Assembly (NCBI GenBank): GCA_964508135.1
Contig: CAZDSU010000040.1
Span: 5 to 64,004 of the forward strand
Direction: 5' to 3'
DNA length: 64,000 nt
Source of the DNA: an uncultured Saprospiraceae bacterium
GTDB lineage: Bacteria > Bacteroidota > Bacteroidia > Chitinophagales > Saprospiraceae
Part shown: positions 8,747-19,260 of the stretch, piece by piece
Layout: every line of letters begins with the position of its first letter
How positions within the stretch are numbered: the first letter of the stretch is position 1
Program-made: the position numbers and the translations under genes
The notes under the pieces: model-generated
What the model was told of the DNA's origin: nothing
The model's input: the letters and a program-made list of their open reading frames with translations, nothing else
Databases searched by the model: none

Positions 8747-9868
8747 ATGCCCGCCCAATTGCTAATCTTGCGCATGTTTATACTTCATCTAAACGAGTAC
8801 GAAATTTCCATCGGGGAAATGGGGCAGCCGCTCCGATCGCTGGTTGCCGGAAGCAACTACACGAAAATCGCCGTGCTGGTGGACGCCAACACCCGCCGTC
8901 ATTGCTTTCCCTATTTCTTACAAAGCATTGATTTTGAGGTAGTTGCCATCGAAATACCCACAGGGGAACGGTTCAAGAACCTCGACATTTGCAGCTTCAT
9001 CTGGTCTGAAATGATGCGCCACGGCCTCGACCGCCGCTCGCTGCTCATCAACCTCGGCGGTGGTGTCATTGGCGACATGGGCGGCTTTTGCGCTGCCACC
9101 TACCTGCGGGGCATTGACTTCGTGCAGGTGCCCACAACCCTCCTCTCGCAAGTGGACGCCTCGGTCGGCGGCAAGGTGGCCATTGATTTCAACGGCGTAA
9201 AAAACAGCATCGGCGTCTTCCAAAACCCCAAGGCCGTGTTGGTTGACCCCGTTTTTTTGAAAACCCTGCCCCTCACCGAAATCCGAAGTGGCTTCGCCGA
9301 GGTGTTCAAGCATGCGCTGATCGCCGATGCAGCGCAGTGGCAGGACTTGCAGCAAATCACCGACCTGATGGTGGTGGACTGGGCGAAGTTCCTCGCCCCC
9401 TCATTGTCCATCAAAAAACGCATCGTGGAGGAAGATCCGCTCGAAGGTGGCATCCGCAAGGCACTGAATTTTGGACATACCATCGGACATGCAGTGGAAA
9501 GCCATGTTTTGGGAATTGGGAATTCTAGCTCCCAATTCCCCATTTCCCCATTTCCCAATTCCCAACTATCGCATGGCGAAGCTGTTGCCTTGGGCATCGT
9601 CTGCGAGAGTTGGCTGTCGCACAAACTGTTGGGGCTTTCCTCAGCGGAACTGGGCGAGATAGTTGCGTTCGTGCGACGGTTTTACCCCCACCATCCGCTT
9701 GCAGAAAGGGACTTTCCAGCCATTTTTGATTTGATGAAAAAAGACAAGAAAAATGTGGGCGGTCGCATCAATTTCACGCTGTTGTCTGTCATTGGGCGGG
9801 CGAGGATTGACCAATATTGTGGGGTTGTGGTGATTGAGGAGAGTTTGCGGTTTTATAGGAGTTTGTAA
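8747..9868 (+). CDS. aroB: 3-dehydroquinate synthase
   Basis: 373-aa ORF with LINLGGGVIGDMGGFCAATYLRGIDFVQVPTTLLSQVDASVGGK and the metal-binding block LNFGHTIGHAVE...HGEAVALG. The start is uncertain (ATG 8747 or 8774). It contains an in-frame repeat insertion, listed as the next feature. Confidence 0.85.
   Translation: MPAQLLILRMFILHLNEYEISIGEMGQPLRSLVAGSNYTKIAVLVDANTRRHCFPYFLQSIDFEVVAIEIPTGERFKNLDICSFIWSEMMRHGLDRRSLLINLGGGVIGDMGGFCAATYLRGIDFVQVPTTLLSQVDASVGGKVAIDFNGVKNSIGVFQNPKAVLVDPVFLKTLPLTEIRSGFAEVFKHALIADAAQWQDLQQITDLMVVDWAKFLAPSLSIKKRIVEEDPLEGGIRKALNFGHTIGHAVESHVLGIGNSSSQFPISPFPNSQLSHGEAVALGIVCESWLSHKLLGLSSAELGEIVAFVRRFYPHHPLAERDFPAIFDLMKKDKKNVGGRINFTLLSVIGRARIDQYCGVVVIEESLRFYRSL
9509..9565. 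repeat. Palindromic CCCAATT-word element embedded in frame in aroB
   Basis: The sequence is ttgggaattgggaatt-ctagct-cccaattccccatttccccatttcccaattcccaa. The core gggaattggg (9511-9520) pairs perfectly with cccaattccc (9531-9540). It encodes GIGNSSSQFPISPFPNSQ between the two His-containing metal-site blocks. Confidence 0.8.
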
Positions 9869-9875
9869 ATAAGGC

Positions 9876-10298
9876 TTACAATACGGGCGGATGGCGATGA
9901 ATCTCTTGTAAATTAGCTCGCAGTTCAATCAACTTAGGGCGGTTCAGTTGCAATGCATCAATAGTCGCCCGTCCGGTGGGCGTGAGGCCGATTAGGTGGA
10001 GCGGATCGGTGTCCCAAGCAAAATGTTCCTGCCATTTTTGTTTGCGTGGGTTAAAGAGCGAAACGGTCAAGCCCGTGACTTCATCAATTGCCGTTGTTTT
10101 ATTGTACTTGTGGGAATTACAGCCCCTGCAGCAATTAGCAGCGTTTTCAAGTACCGTTAAGCCACCATGGCTCTCTGGTATGATATGGTCCAACTCAAAA
10201 GATTGGGTGGAAAAAGCCGCTGGGCTGAGGCAATACTCGCACCGAAAATGGGCGAGCTTGGCAAGTTCGGTTTTGAGGTCAGTTAGCAGCTTGCTCAT
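9876..10298 (-). CDS. HNH endonuclease (small stand-alone type)
   Basis: 140 aa. The HNH core is CEYCLSPAAFSTQSFELDHIIPESHGGLTVLENAANCCRGCNSHK, followed by LFNPRKQKWQEHFAW...GLTPTGRATIDALQLN. This is a layout I recall from small cyanobacterial/Bacteroidota HNH proteins. Confidence 0.85.
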   Translation of the reverse strand: MSKLLTDLKTELAKLAHFRCEYCLSPAAFSTQSFELDHIIPESHGGLTVLENAANCCRGCNSHKYNKTTAIDEVTGLTVSLFNPRKQKWQEHFAWDTDPLHLIGLTPTGRATIDALQLNRPKLIELRANLQEIHRHPPVL

Positions 10299-10702
10299 GC
10301 AGCTATTGATTGGTTCAAGCCCAATTGTTCCATCAAGTCCTCCACAGAAATACCCCTGAGTCGAGAGAGTTCAATCATGGATTTTAGCCAGTCGGCATTG
10401 TGCCCTTCAGCCGTTTCGACCAATGCCAGCAATTCTTGATGTTCCGCTGGAGTGAGGCTTTCATTTTTAAGTTTGGCATTTAGCAAGTCATATCTGCGCT
10501 GGATTTTTACTTTCAGCGGTTCGTAGATTTTCTTCAACAGTTCTAGTTCCCGCTCGGTGGGCTTTGGTGCTTTTCGGCGGGCCAGCAAATACCCAAGCCT
10601 GTCCATGAACTTCTCCAAGTCCTCCGTCCCCATTTGGGTAGCCCCCTTCAAAAGGTCTTCAAAGCCAACTTTTACGCCTTTTTTGATTTCTATCGTTTGC
10701 AT
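10295..10702 (-). CDS. Hypothetical helical protein, upstream partner of the HNH endonuclease
   Basis: The ORF is 10295..10846. I take the start at the ATG complementing 10700-10702 (MQTIEIKKGVKV...), because a -7 box lies 20 nt upstream and the longer N-terminus looks non-coding. Its stop overlaps the HNH start by 4 nt (ATGA). I recognise no catalytic motif. Confidence 0.6.
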   Translation of the reverse strand: MQTIEIKKGVKVGFEDLLKGATQMGTEDLEKFMDRLGYLLARRKAPKPTERELELLKKIYEPLKVKIQRRYDLLNAKLKNESLTPAEHQELLALVETAEGHNADWLKSMIELSRLRGISVEDLMEQLGLNQSIAA

Positions 10703-10721
10703 TGAAAAGTTATTTATAGGC

Positions 10722-10729
10722 CAAAAATA
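10722..10729 (-). promoter_or_regulatory. Candidate -7 promoter box for the partner/HNH cassette
   Basis: The minus strand reads TATTTTTG (TAnnTTTG), 19 nt upstream of the ATG at 10702. Confidence 0.4.
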
Positions 10730-10855
10730 GGTTTTTTTTAAAATAAAATCTGCGTTTACCCACCCATTCCGTTTCATCCGCATCCGCATCCTCCTCACTG
10801 GTTCATCATCAAAACCAATCCCGCCCCCACATGTTAAATATCCCATTCAAAATTC

Positions 10856-10863
10856 TACATTTG
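10856..10863 (+). promoter_or_regulatory. Candidate -7 promoter box for gcvP
   Basis: tacatttg lies 47 nt upstream of the gcvP ATG. Confidence 0.4.
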
Positions 10864-10910
10864 CGAGGCCAAAAACTCATCACCAAATATTTCCAAATCA
10901 AGGATTAAAA

Positions 10911-13796
<2,886 letters not shown>

Positions 13797-13816
13797 GCGT
13801 GGCCTTTTATTTGCAT

Positions 13817-13874
13817 GGGTTGACGGATTTCGCAGAATACATAGGCGAGTTTCGTCAACCCAATAGGTTTTTTT
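13817..13874 (+). terminator. Possible intrinsic terminator after gcvP
   Basis: The stem gggttgacggatttcgc (13817-13833) pairs with gcgagtttcgtcaaccc (13845-13861) with one bulge. A T7 run follows at 13868-13874 after a 6-nt spacer. Confidence 0.45.
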
Positions 13875-13951
13875 AGAAAAGGATTGGATTTATTGCCTTG
13901 AGGTGAAAGATTTTATGGATTAGGCATCAATTTTTGTAATTTCGAATTGTA

Positions 13952-15136
13952 ATGGCAGACAAAGCATACATAACACCAAACGTCCTAAAATGGGCAAGAG
14001 AATCGGCAAGAATTACCGAGGAGGTTGCTGCTGCCAAAGTTTCAATAAATATTGATAAGTTAAGGGAATGGGAAAATGGCACAAGTCAGCCAACGATAAG
14101 GCAAGCACAAACGCTTGCAAAAGCATATAAGCGCCCTTTTGCGCTGTTTTTTTTGCCGGATATCCCCAGGGACTTCCAACCATTGCAAGATTTTAGAAAG
14201 CCTCATTCGAAAGAATTAACAACGTCCTCTATTTTTATCATTCGTGAAATCCAACAAAAGCAGGCATGGATTAGTGAAGTATATTCTGATAACAATGAAG
14301 ATAAGCTGCCTTTTGTTGGAAGATTTTCTTTAAACGATAATCCAAAAATTGTTGCAGATGATATCTTATCTACTCTAAAAATAAATCCAGCAAACTACAA
14401 AGCTGAAAACCCAATAAGAGAGTGGATTGATGCGTCTGAATCTAATGGCATTTTTGTCTCTAGAACAAGTTTTATTCATTCTCGAATGAGACTAGATTCA
14501 GACGAAATACAAGGATTTGCCATCGCTGACCCATATGCACCATTTATTTTTATAAATTCTGACGATTGGAGTGCACCTCAGCTATTTACTTTAGTACACG
14601 AACTTGCCCACATTTGGATAGCAGCATCAGGTGTTTCAAATGAAATAGGGCCAGAACTAATCCAACGAGACAAGTTTAATCCAGTAGAGCTTTTTTGCAA
14701 CGAAGTTGCTGCTAACGCCCTCATTCCGAATGATATAATACTGAAAATTGACAGGTCTTTTTTTAAGGACTCTCAGGGAGTATTTAAGGCTGCTAAGAGT
14801 CTTAGTGTTAGCTCGTTTGCACTTTTAGTTAGAGCTTTAAATTTACATATTATTACACTTTCCTCTTATCAGGTTTTGAAAAAGCAAGCAGAAATTGATT
14901 ATGAAGCTTTCTTGAGCAGAGAGGCTGAAAAAAAAGAAAAACTCAAATTAAAGCAAAAAGAAAAACCAAGTGGCCCTAATTACTACTTGTTACGGCTCAA
15001 CAAAAATAGCAGGCTTTTTACACAAGTAGTTCTTGATGCATTAAGGAGCGGATTTGTTCAGCCTACTCAGGCCAGCTTATTACTAGGAACACCAGCTAAT
15101 AATTTTCATAAACTAGAAGCCCAGATTTACAAATGA
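13952..15136 (+). CDS. XRE-type HTH fused to an ImmA/IrrE (M78, DUF955) zinc metallopeptidase
   Basis: 394 aa. The N-terminal HTH is LKWARESARITEEVAAAKVSINIDKLREWENGTSQPTIRQAQTLAKAY. The HExxH motif is in FTLVHELAHIWI. The gene is visibly AT-rich compared with gcvP. Confidence 0.85.
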   Translation: MADKAYITPNVLKWARESARITEEVAAAKVSINIDKLREWENGTSQPTIRQAQTLAKAYKRPFALFFLPDIPRDFQPLQDFRKPHSKELTTSSIFIIREIQQKQAWISEVYSDNNEDKLPFVGRFSLNDNPKIVADDILSTLKINPANYKAENPIREWIDASESNGIFVSRTSFIHSRMRLDSDEIQGFAIADPYAPFIFINSDDWSAPQLFTLVHELAHIWIAASGVSNEIGPELIQRDKFNPVELFCNEVAANALIPNDIILKIDRSFFKDSQGVFKAAKSLSVSSFALLVRALNLHIITLSSYQVLKKQAEIDYEAFLSREAEKKEKLKLKQKEKPSGPNYYLLRLNKNSRLFTQVVLDALRSGFVQPTQASLLLGTPANNFHKLEAQIYK

Positions 15137-15654
15137 ACCAAGCAGTACATATCTATTGCATCGATGCCAACGTCCTTATTCAAGCTTGGCAAAAATATTA
15201 TGCTCCTGACATATGTCCTGATTACTGGGATATATTAAACGAGTTAGGAAGCCAAGGGCGGATTTTTATCCCTGAAGAGGTAAAAAATGAAATAGTTGTA
15301 CCAGACGATAAAGAAAAAACTGAAGACGACCTTTCCAAATGGTTAAAACGTAGCTCTATTCCTGTACATAAACCGACTGAGCAAGTCATAAAATGCTGGC
15401 AAAATATTCTTCAAGCGAATCCTTTACACCAACATTTGGTTGACAATATTAAGGGAAGGTCACTTGCAGACCCATGGGTTATTTCACATGCTTTAAGCGT
15501 AAAAGCTACTGTTGTAACCAAAGAAAATCTTGATATCGCTTTGAACACAAAAAGAATTAAAATCCCAAATGTTTGTAACAATATGGGCATTAGATGGATT
15601 GATGATTTTACTTTCGTAAAGGAGCTTGGTTTGAAGTTTTCATGTAGACTTTAA
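15133..15654 (+). CDS. DUF4411 family PIN-like nuclease-fold protein
   Basis: 173 aa with YCIDANVLIQAWQKYYAPDICPDYWD...ADPWVISHAL...ATVVTKE...IKIPNVCNNMGIRWIDDFTFVKELG, matching the DUF4411 pattern as I recall it. The start overlaps the upstream stop by 4 nt (ATGA). Confidence 0.75.
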   Translation: MNQAVHIYCIDANVLIQAWQKYYAPDICPDYWDILNELGSQGRIFIPEEVKNEIVVPDDKEKTEDDLSKWLKRSSIPVHKPTEQVIKCWQNILQANPLHQHLVDNIKGRSLADPWVISHALSVKATVVTKENLDIALNTKRIKIPNVCNNMGIRWIDDFTFVKELGLKFSCRL

Positions 15655-15900
15655 TCCATATTGCGCTAATACGGGTGTTTGCAGAAACCTAGTAACCCAG
15701 TTCCTGCAACTCTCACAGGCACTGCAACCCGCCCACTACAAAGTTCCATCAGCGGCCAATTAATCGCCCCCACTGGCGCAACATTTGTCACTTTCATTGA
15801 AAAACGGTACTGCTCGTTGATAGCTTTCCTATCATGCGGGCTTGGGTTTCGGCCTCTGGCCGCCGTGCGTAGGTCAGGTAGGTCAGCCGACATGGCCCAA

Positions 15901-16353
15901 TTATTTCAACGAAACCACTATAATCCCCTCGTCGTACCGCTTAAAATCAGCTTCGTTGTTGGTCAGAAGATTGGAAATGCCATTGATTTTCATGGCAGCG
16001 ACGATATTGCAGTCATGGACGGGTTTCCCTTGCACCTTGTATTTTTCTATCAACTGAAAGAGTTGCTTTGAAACCAAGTCGGTATCGTCGGCAATATTGA
16101 ATTGCGTAGTGAGTTTTTCCGTGTCAGCTACCAATTGTGCAGCATCGAAAGCACCTTGTTCGGCCAAAGCTCTTGACATTACCACCAAGTATTCCCGGAT
16201 GATTTGGCGGCTAATCCACAGTTCGAAACCTTGATGCAGGAAATCGTTCAGTTTGTTTTGAGCAGCAAGATGGAACGGGGAGTTCACCAAGCTGATGTAC
16301 GCCAGGATATTCGTGTCCACGAACAACCGTTTTTCACCTGCCGTCTTCGCCAT
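15901..16353 (-). CDS. vapC: PIN-domain ribonuclease toxin (VapC-like)
   Basis: 150 aa. The N-terminus is LFVDTNILAY (first acidic PIN residue). Later acidic positions are in IADDTD and VHDCNIVAAM...TNNEADF. The gene overlaps the upstream small gene by 20 nt. Confidence 0.82.
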   Translation of the reverse strand: MAKTAGEKRLFVDTNILAYISLVNSPFHLAAQNKLNDFLHQGFELWISRQIIREYLVVMSRALAEQGAFDAAQLVADTEKLTTQFNIADDTDLVSKQLFQLIEKYKVQGKPVHDCNIVAAMKINGISNLLTNNEADFKRYDEGIIVVSLK

Positions 16354-16579
16354 AAATCTCGGTTCTGCTAAAGGTTTGGGAAGGGTTCACGGGCACTTGA
16401 TAGGTAGGATGCCAGATAGTTTTTGGCTTGCTGCTGCGCTTCTTCGAACTTGTTTGTTGCGGTTTGGGCATCAATACCACCAGCACATCGTAGTCGCCAT
16501 TGGGCACGTTCTCGGCGACATGGATGCTCAACAGGCGGTCTTTCTTTGAAATTTGCGCTTTTGCGGCAATGGTTAACAT
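16334..16579 (-). CDS. Putative antitoxin of the PIN toxin (VapB-like)
   Basis: 81-aa ORF directly upstream of and overlapping vapC. The C-terminal tail SRTEIYGEDGR resembles tails I recall on small partners of PIN toxins. The assignment is mainly by position. Confidence 0.55.
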   Translation of the reverse strand: MLTIAAKAQISKKDRLLSIHVAENVPNGDYDVLVVLMPKPQQTSSKKRSSKPKTIWHPTYQVPVNPSQTFSRTEIYGEDGR

Positions 16580-16595
16580 GGATAGTTGTTTTTTA

Positions 16596-16603
16596 CAAAA
16601 ATA
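16596..16603 (-). promoter_or_regulatory. Candidate -7 promoter box for vapBC
   Basis: The minus strand reads TATTTTTG, 16 nt upstream of the ATG at 16579. Confidence 0.4.
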
Positions 16604-16625
16604 GCCGTTTTTCCTGATTTTGCAT

Positions 16626-16865
16626 TCAAAATGAGATATTGAGCGTTTTCATGTCCTCCTCCAGCTCTTCAATCCCGTAATGCACTGGGATTTTCCGCTT
16701 GGCGAGTTCTTCTTGAAACTGTACCCGGTGCAGCCCAGCCACTTTTGCTGCTTGGGCAAGCGTGAAGATTTCCATTTGGAAAAGCGAAATAGCAACACCC
16801 AGCCGAACCTGCGCTTCCGTGAGGCCCGAACTTTTTACAACAGAATCTGGCACTGTGATGACCAT
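16626..16865 (-). CDS. UPF0175 family antitoxin-like protein (orphan copy)
   Basis: The ORF is 16626..16952, and I take the start at the ATG complementing 16863-16865 (MVITVPDSVVKSSGLTEAQVRLGVAISLFQMEIFTLAQAAKVAGLHRVQFQEELAKRKIPVHYGIEELEEDMKTL). It is collinear with the UPF0175 protein at 60752..60994, sharing LGKAA-type, FQ.ELAKRKI and EE.E.DLKTL blocks. Confidence 0.75.
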   Translation of the reverse strand: MVITVPDSVVKSSGLTEAQVRLGVAISLFQMEIFTLAQAAKVAGLHRVQFQEELAKRKIPVHYGIEELEEDMKTLNISF

Positions 16866-17194
16866 GATGAGATTTGATTTTGGGTAAAAATAGGGGTTTT
16901 TGAGTAAATCCCAAAGGCTTGTCGAGCTAGAACACTCCATGCACCAAAGCATAAGCGCTTTTCGTTACGCTTGTGTTGCTTGTGAGGTATCGCATTTTGC
17001 GATTCCATGTCTCGACATTTTCTTAGCCTATGCAATTCCCCTCAAATCACCCCCTCCAGCACCTTCAAGTCCCCATTTTTCAGTCCGCCAGCCTTGGCTT
17101 TGGGTAAGAAGCGATCGGTGAGATTTTGAGGTCACGACACACATTATCCCTCGGCATTTATTGAACCTGCTCACAAGGAAGCGCCCTGTTTGCC

Positions 17195-17202
17195 TACTTT
17201 TG
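17195..17202 (+). promoter_or_regulatory. Candidate -7 promoter box for mvaD
   Basis: tacttttg lies 23 nt upstream of ATG 17226. Confidence 0.35.
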
Positions 17203-17225
17203 CCCCCGAACAAAATCAACAACGC

Positions 17226-18320
17226 ATGTCCACAACAGACTACAAAAACCCTCAACTCCTCCTCGAAACCGCCGACCTCGAACCTGGCGAAATCACTTGG
17301 CGCAGCCCAAGCAACCTCGCCATCGTGAAATATTGGGGCAAATACGGTGTGCAAATGCCGAAAAACCCCTCGCTGAGCCTGACCCTGAGCAGCTCGTTTA
17401 CGGAAACGCTGCTCGAATACCGCCCACGGGGGACCAGCGAGTCGGGCATTTCCCTCGAATTTTTCTTCCATGAAGAACCGAACGAGCCGTTCCGGGAGAA
17501 GCTGGTGAAGTACCTCGAAAGCGTGACGGACATCTTCCCATTCCTGCGCCAACTGGACTTGACCGTTTACAGCGGCAACTCGTTCCCGCACTCGGCGGGC
17601 ATCGCATCCTCGGCCTCGGCCATGAGCGCATTGGCACTATGCCTTTGCTCGCTGGAACACGAGCTGTTCGAGACGCTGGACGACGATGCGGCATTTGACC
17701 AAAAAGCATCTTACGTAGCAAGGTTGGGTTCTGGCAGCGCCTGCCGTTCCATTTTCCCAAAGGCAGCGCTTTGGGGCGAAACAGGCGACGTGAAAGGCTC
17801 GTCAGACCTGTTCGCCGTGCCGATGGGCGACGAGGTTCACACGGTTTTTGCCAATCTCCACGATGACATCCTGATTGCCAGCACGGCAGCCAAGAGCGTG
17901 AGCAGTCGGGCAGGGCATGGGCTGATGGAAAACCACCCCTTCGCCGAGGCCCGCTACGCCGATGCGAGGCGCAACCTGAGCCGCTTGATACCCGCCATGC
18001 GAAGCGGTGACTTGGAGGAGTTCGGGCGCATCGCCGAGAACGAGGCGCTGACCCTGCATGGGCTGATGATGAGCAGCAATCCATCGTTTATCCTGATGAA
18101 ACCGAACACGCTGGAAATGATTGAGCGGCTGCGCCAATACCGGGAGGAGACTAAGCATCCCGTTTATTTCAGCTTGGATGCTGGGCCGAATTTGCACTTG
18201 CTTTACCCGGGGGACATCATTCACGACGTTCGGGGTTTTATAGAGGAAGAATTGAAGCCGCTTTGCGAGAAGGGGACTTATTTACAGGATTGGGCGGGGG
18301 AAGGTCCGGCGCAAGTGTGA
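17226..18320 (+). CDS. mvaD: Diphosphomevalonate decarboxylase (mevalonate pathway)
   Basis: The ORF is 17190..18320, and I take the start at ATG 17226. It has the hallmark SPSNLAIVKYWGK block and the GHMP-kinase-fold motif NSFPHSAGIASSASAMSALA. Confidence 0.87.
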   Translation: MSTTDYKNPQLLLETADLEPGEITWRSPSNLAIVKYWGKYGVQMPKNPSLSLTLSSSFTETLLEYRPRGTSESGISLEFFFHEEPNEPFREKLVKYLESVTDIFPFLRQLDLTVYSGNSFPHSAGIASSASAMSALALCLCSLEHELFETLDDDAAFDQKASYVARLGSGSACRSIFPKAALWGETGDVKGSSDLFAVPMGDEVHTVFANLHDDILIASTAAKSVSSRAGHGLMENHPFAEARYADARRNLSRLIPAMRSGDLEEFGRIAENEALTLHGLMMSSNPSFILMKPNTLEMIERLRQYREETKHPVYFSLDAGPNLHLLYPGDIIHDVRGFIEEELKPLCEKGTYLQDWAGEGPAQV

Positions 18321-18444
18321 GGGGGGAACTTTGCAGTCAAAGTCTGCAAATGTGCAATTGTGTCCATTTTATGGTGTCACTTCAATATCGTGCAACGACC
18401 AACGTCACTGTTTTCGTTTCGGTACCTGCAAGTTGGCAAACTTA

Positions 18445-19260
18445 TCACGTGCGATCCTTCGAAAACAACTGCTTCACCGCAGAAACCACAAACCCCGACA
18501 AGTTCATGTACGGTGGTTTCATCAACAACTGCACCCCGGTCAGCCCGACCCAACCAGCCATGGCAGCAAACGACAGGTCACCGAAACGGGTGAAGCCTCG
18601 GAAGTCGTGCATGTTGAGCCGCATCAGTTCGTACATCACAAAATCGGTGACGATATAGGCGCTGTTCACCCAGAACAGCAGCAGCATGACTCGTAACATG
18701 CGCCGCAACACCAGCGCCTCGTAGAGCTGCTGGCCACCCTCCTGTTTTTTGCGGAGCGCCGAAACCTTAAACCGGATGTAACGGTACGCCGCAAACTGGT
18801 AAGTGTAAAAGGTGAAAATGTAAAGTGCCATCTCCAGCCCACCATAAAATGGCGAATAAAACCGCCGTATCAAAAGCCCATCCGTCAGCAGCCACGCACC
18901 GAGAAAATAGGCAAACTGCGTCAGCGGAAGCAGTGCATGTTTGGCGTCGCTGCCCACAAACTTGTAGGTAGGGAACAGCCGCAACTTCACCGAAATATAC
19001 AACAGCACCCCGAACGACAGGGTGAAATACAGTGGCAGCGAAGTCAGGTGCGGGTTGGCGTGGTAGATGCCCCGCAGGATGAAAATATGGTGCAGCGCCG
19101 TCAGGGCATAGGCCATCAACAGCCCGAAAAAAGCGAGGTCGGCCCGCTTGTTCTCGTTTTTGCGGAGCAAAAAAACGACGGCCACCGCCCCGTTCAGTGC
19201 GACCGTTGCGCAAAGAACCAGAAAGGACAAGGTGGTTAGCGTTCCGGTGAAGAAATTCAT
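18445..19260 (-). CDS. Hypothetical polytopic membrane protein
   Basis: 271 aa with about 7 hydrophobic segments and no recognisable soluble domain or catalytic motif. Confidence 0.55.
   Translation of the reverse strand: MNFFTGTLTTLSFLVLCATVALNGAVAVVFLLRKNENKRADLAFFGLLMAYALTALHHIFILRGIYHANPHLTSLPLYFTLSFGVLLYISVKLRLFPTYKFVGSDAKHALLPLTQFAYFLGAWLLTDGLLIRRFYSPFYGGLEMALYIFTFYTYQFAAYRYIRFKVSALRKKQEGGQQLYEALVLRRMLRVMLLLFWVNSAYIVTDFVMYELMRLNMHDFRGFTRFGDLSFAAMAGWVGLTGVQLLMKPPYMNLSGFVVSAVKQLFSKDRT

Noticed and set aside
10703-10846. N-terminal 48 codons of ORF 10295..10846 ([26 protein letters not shown]...)
   Set aside because: The composition looks non-coding, and a TAnnTTTG box at 10722-10729 falls inside it. 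The shorter start at 10702 is preferred.
10703-10910. Glycine riboswitch upstream of gcvP
   Set aside because: No GGAGAG...CACCG...CUCUGGAGAG-type aptamer sequence is visible. The spacer holds only a -7 box and the divergent cassette promoter.
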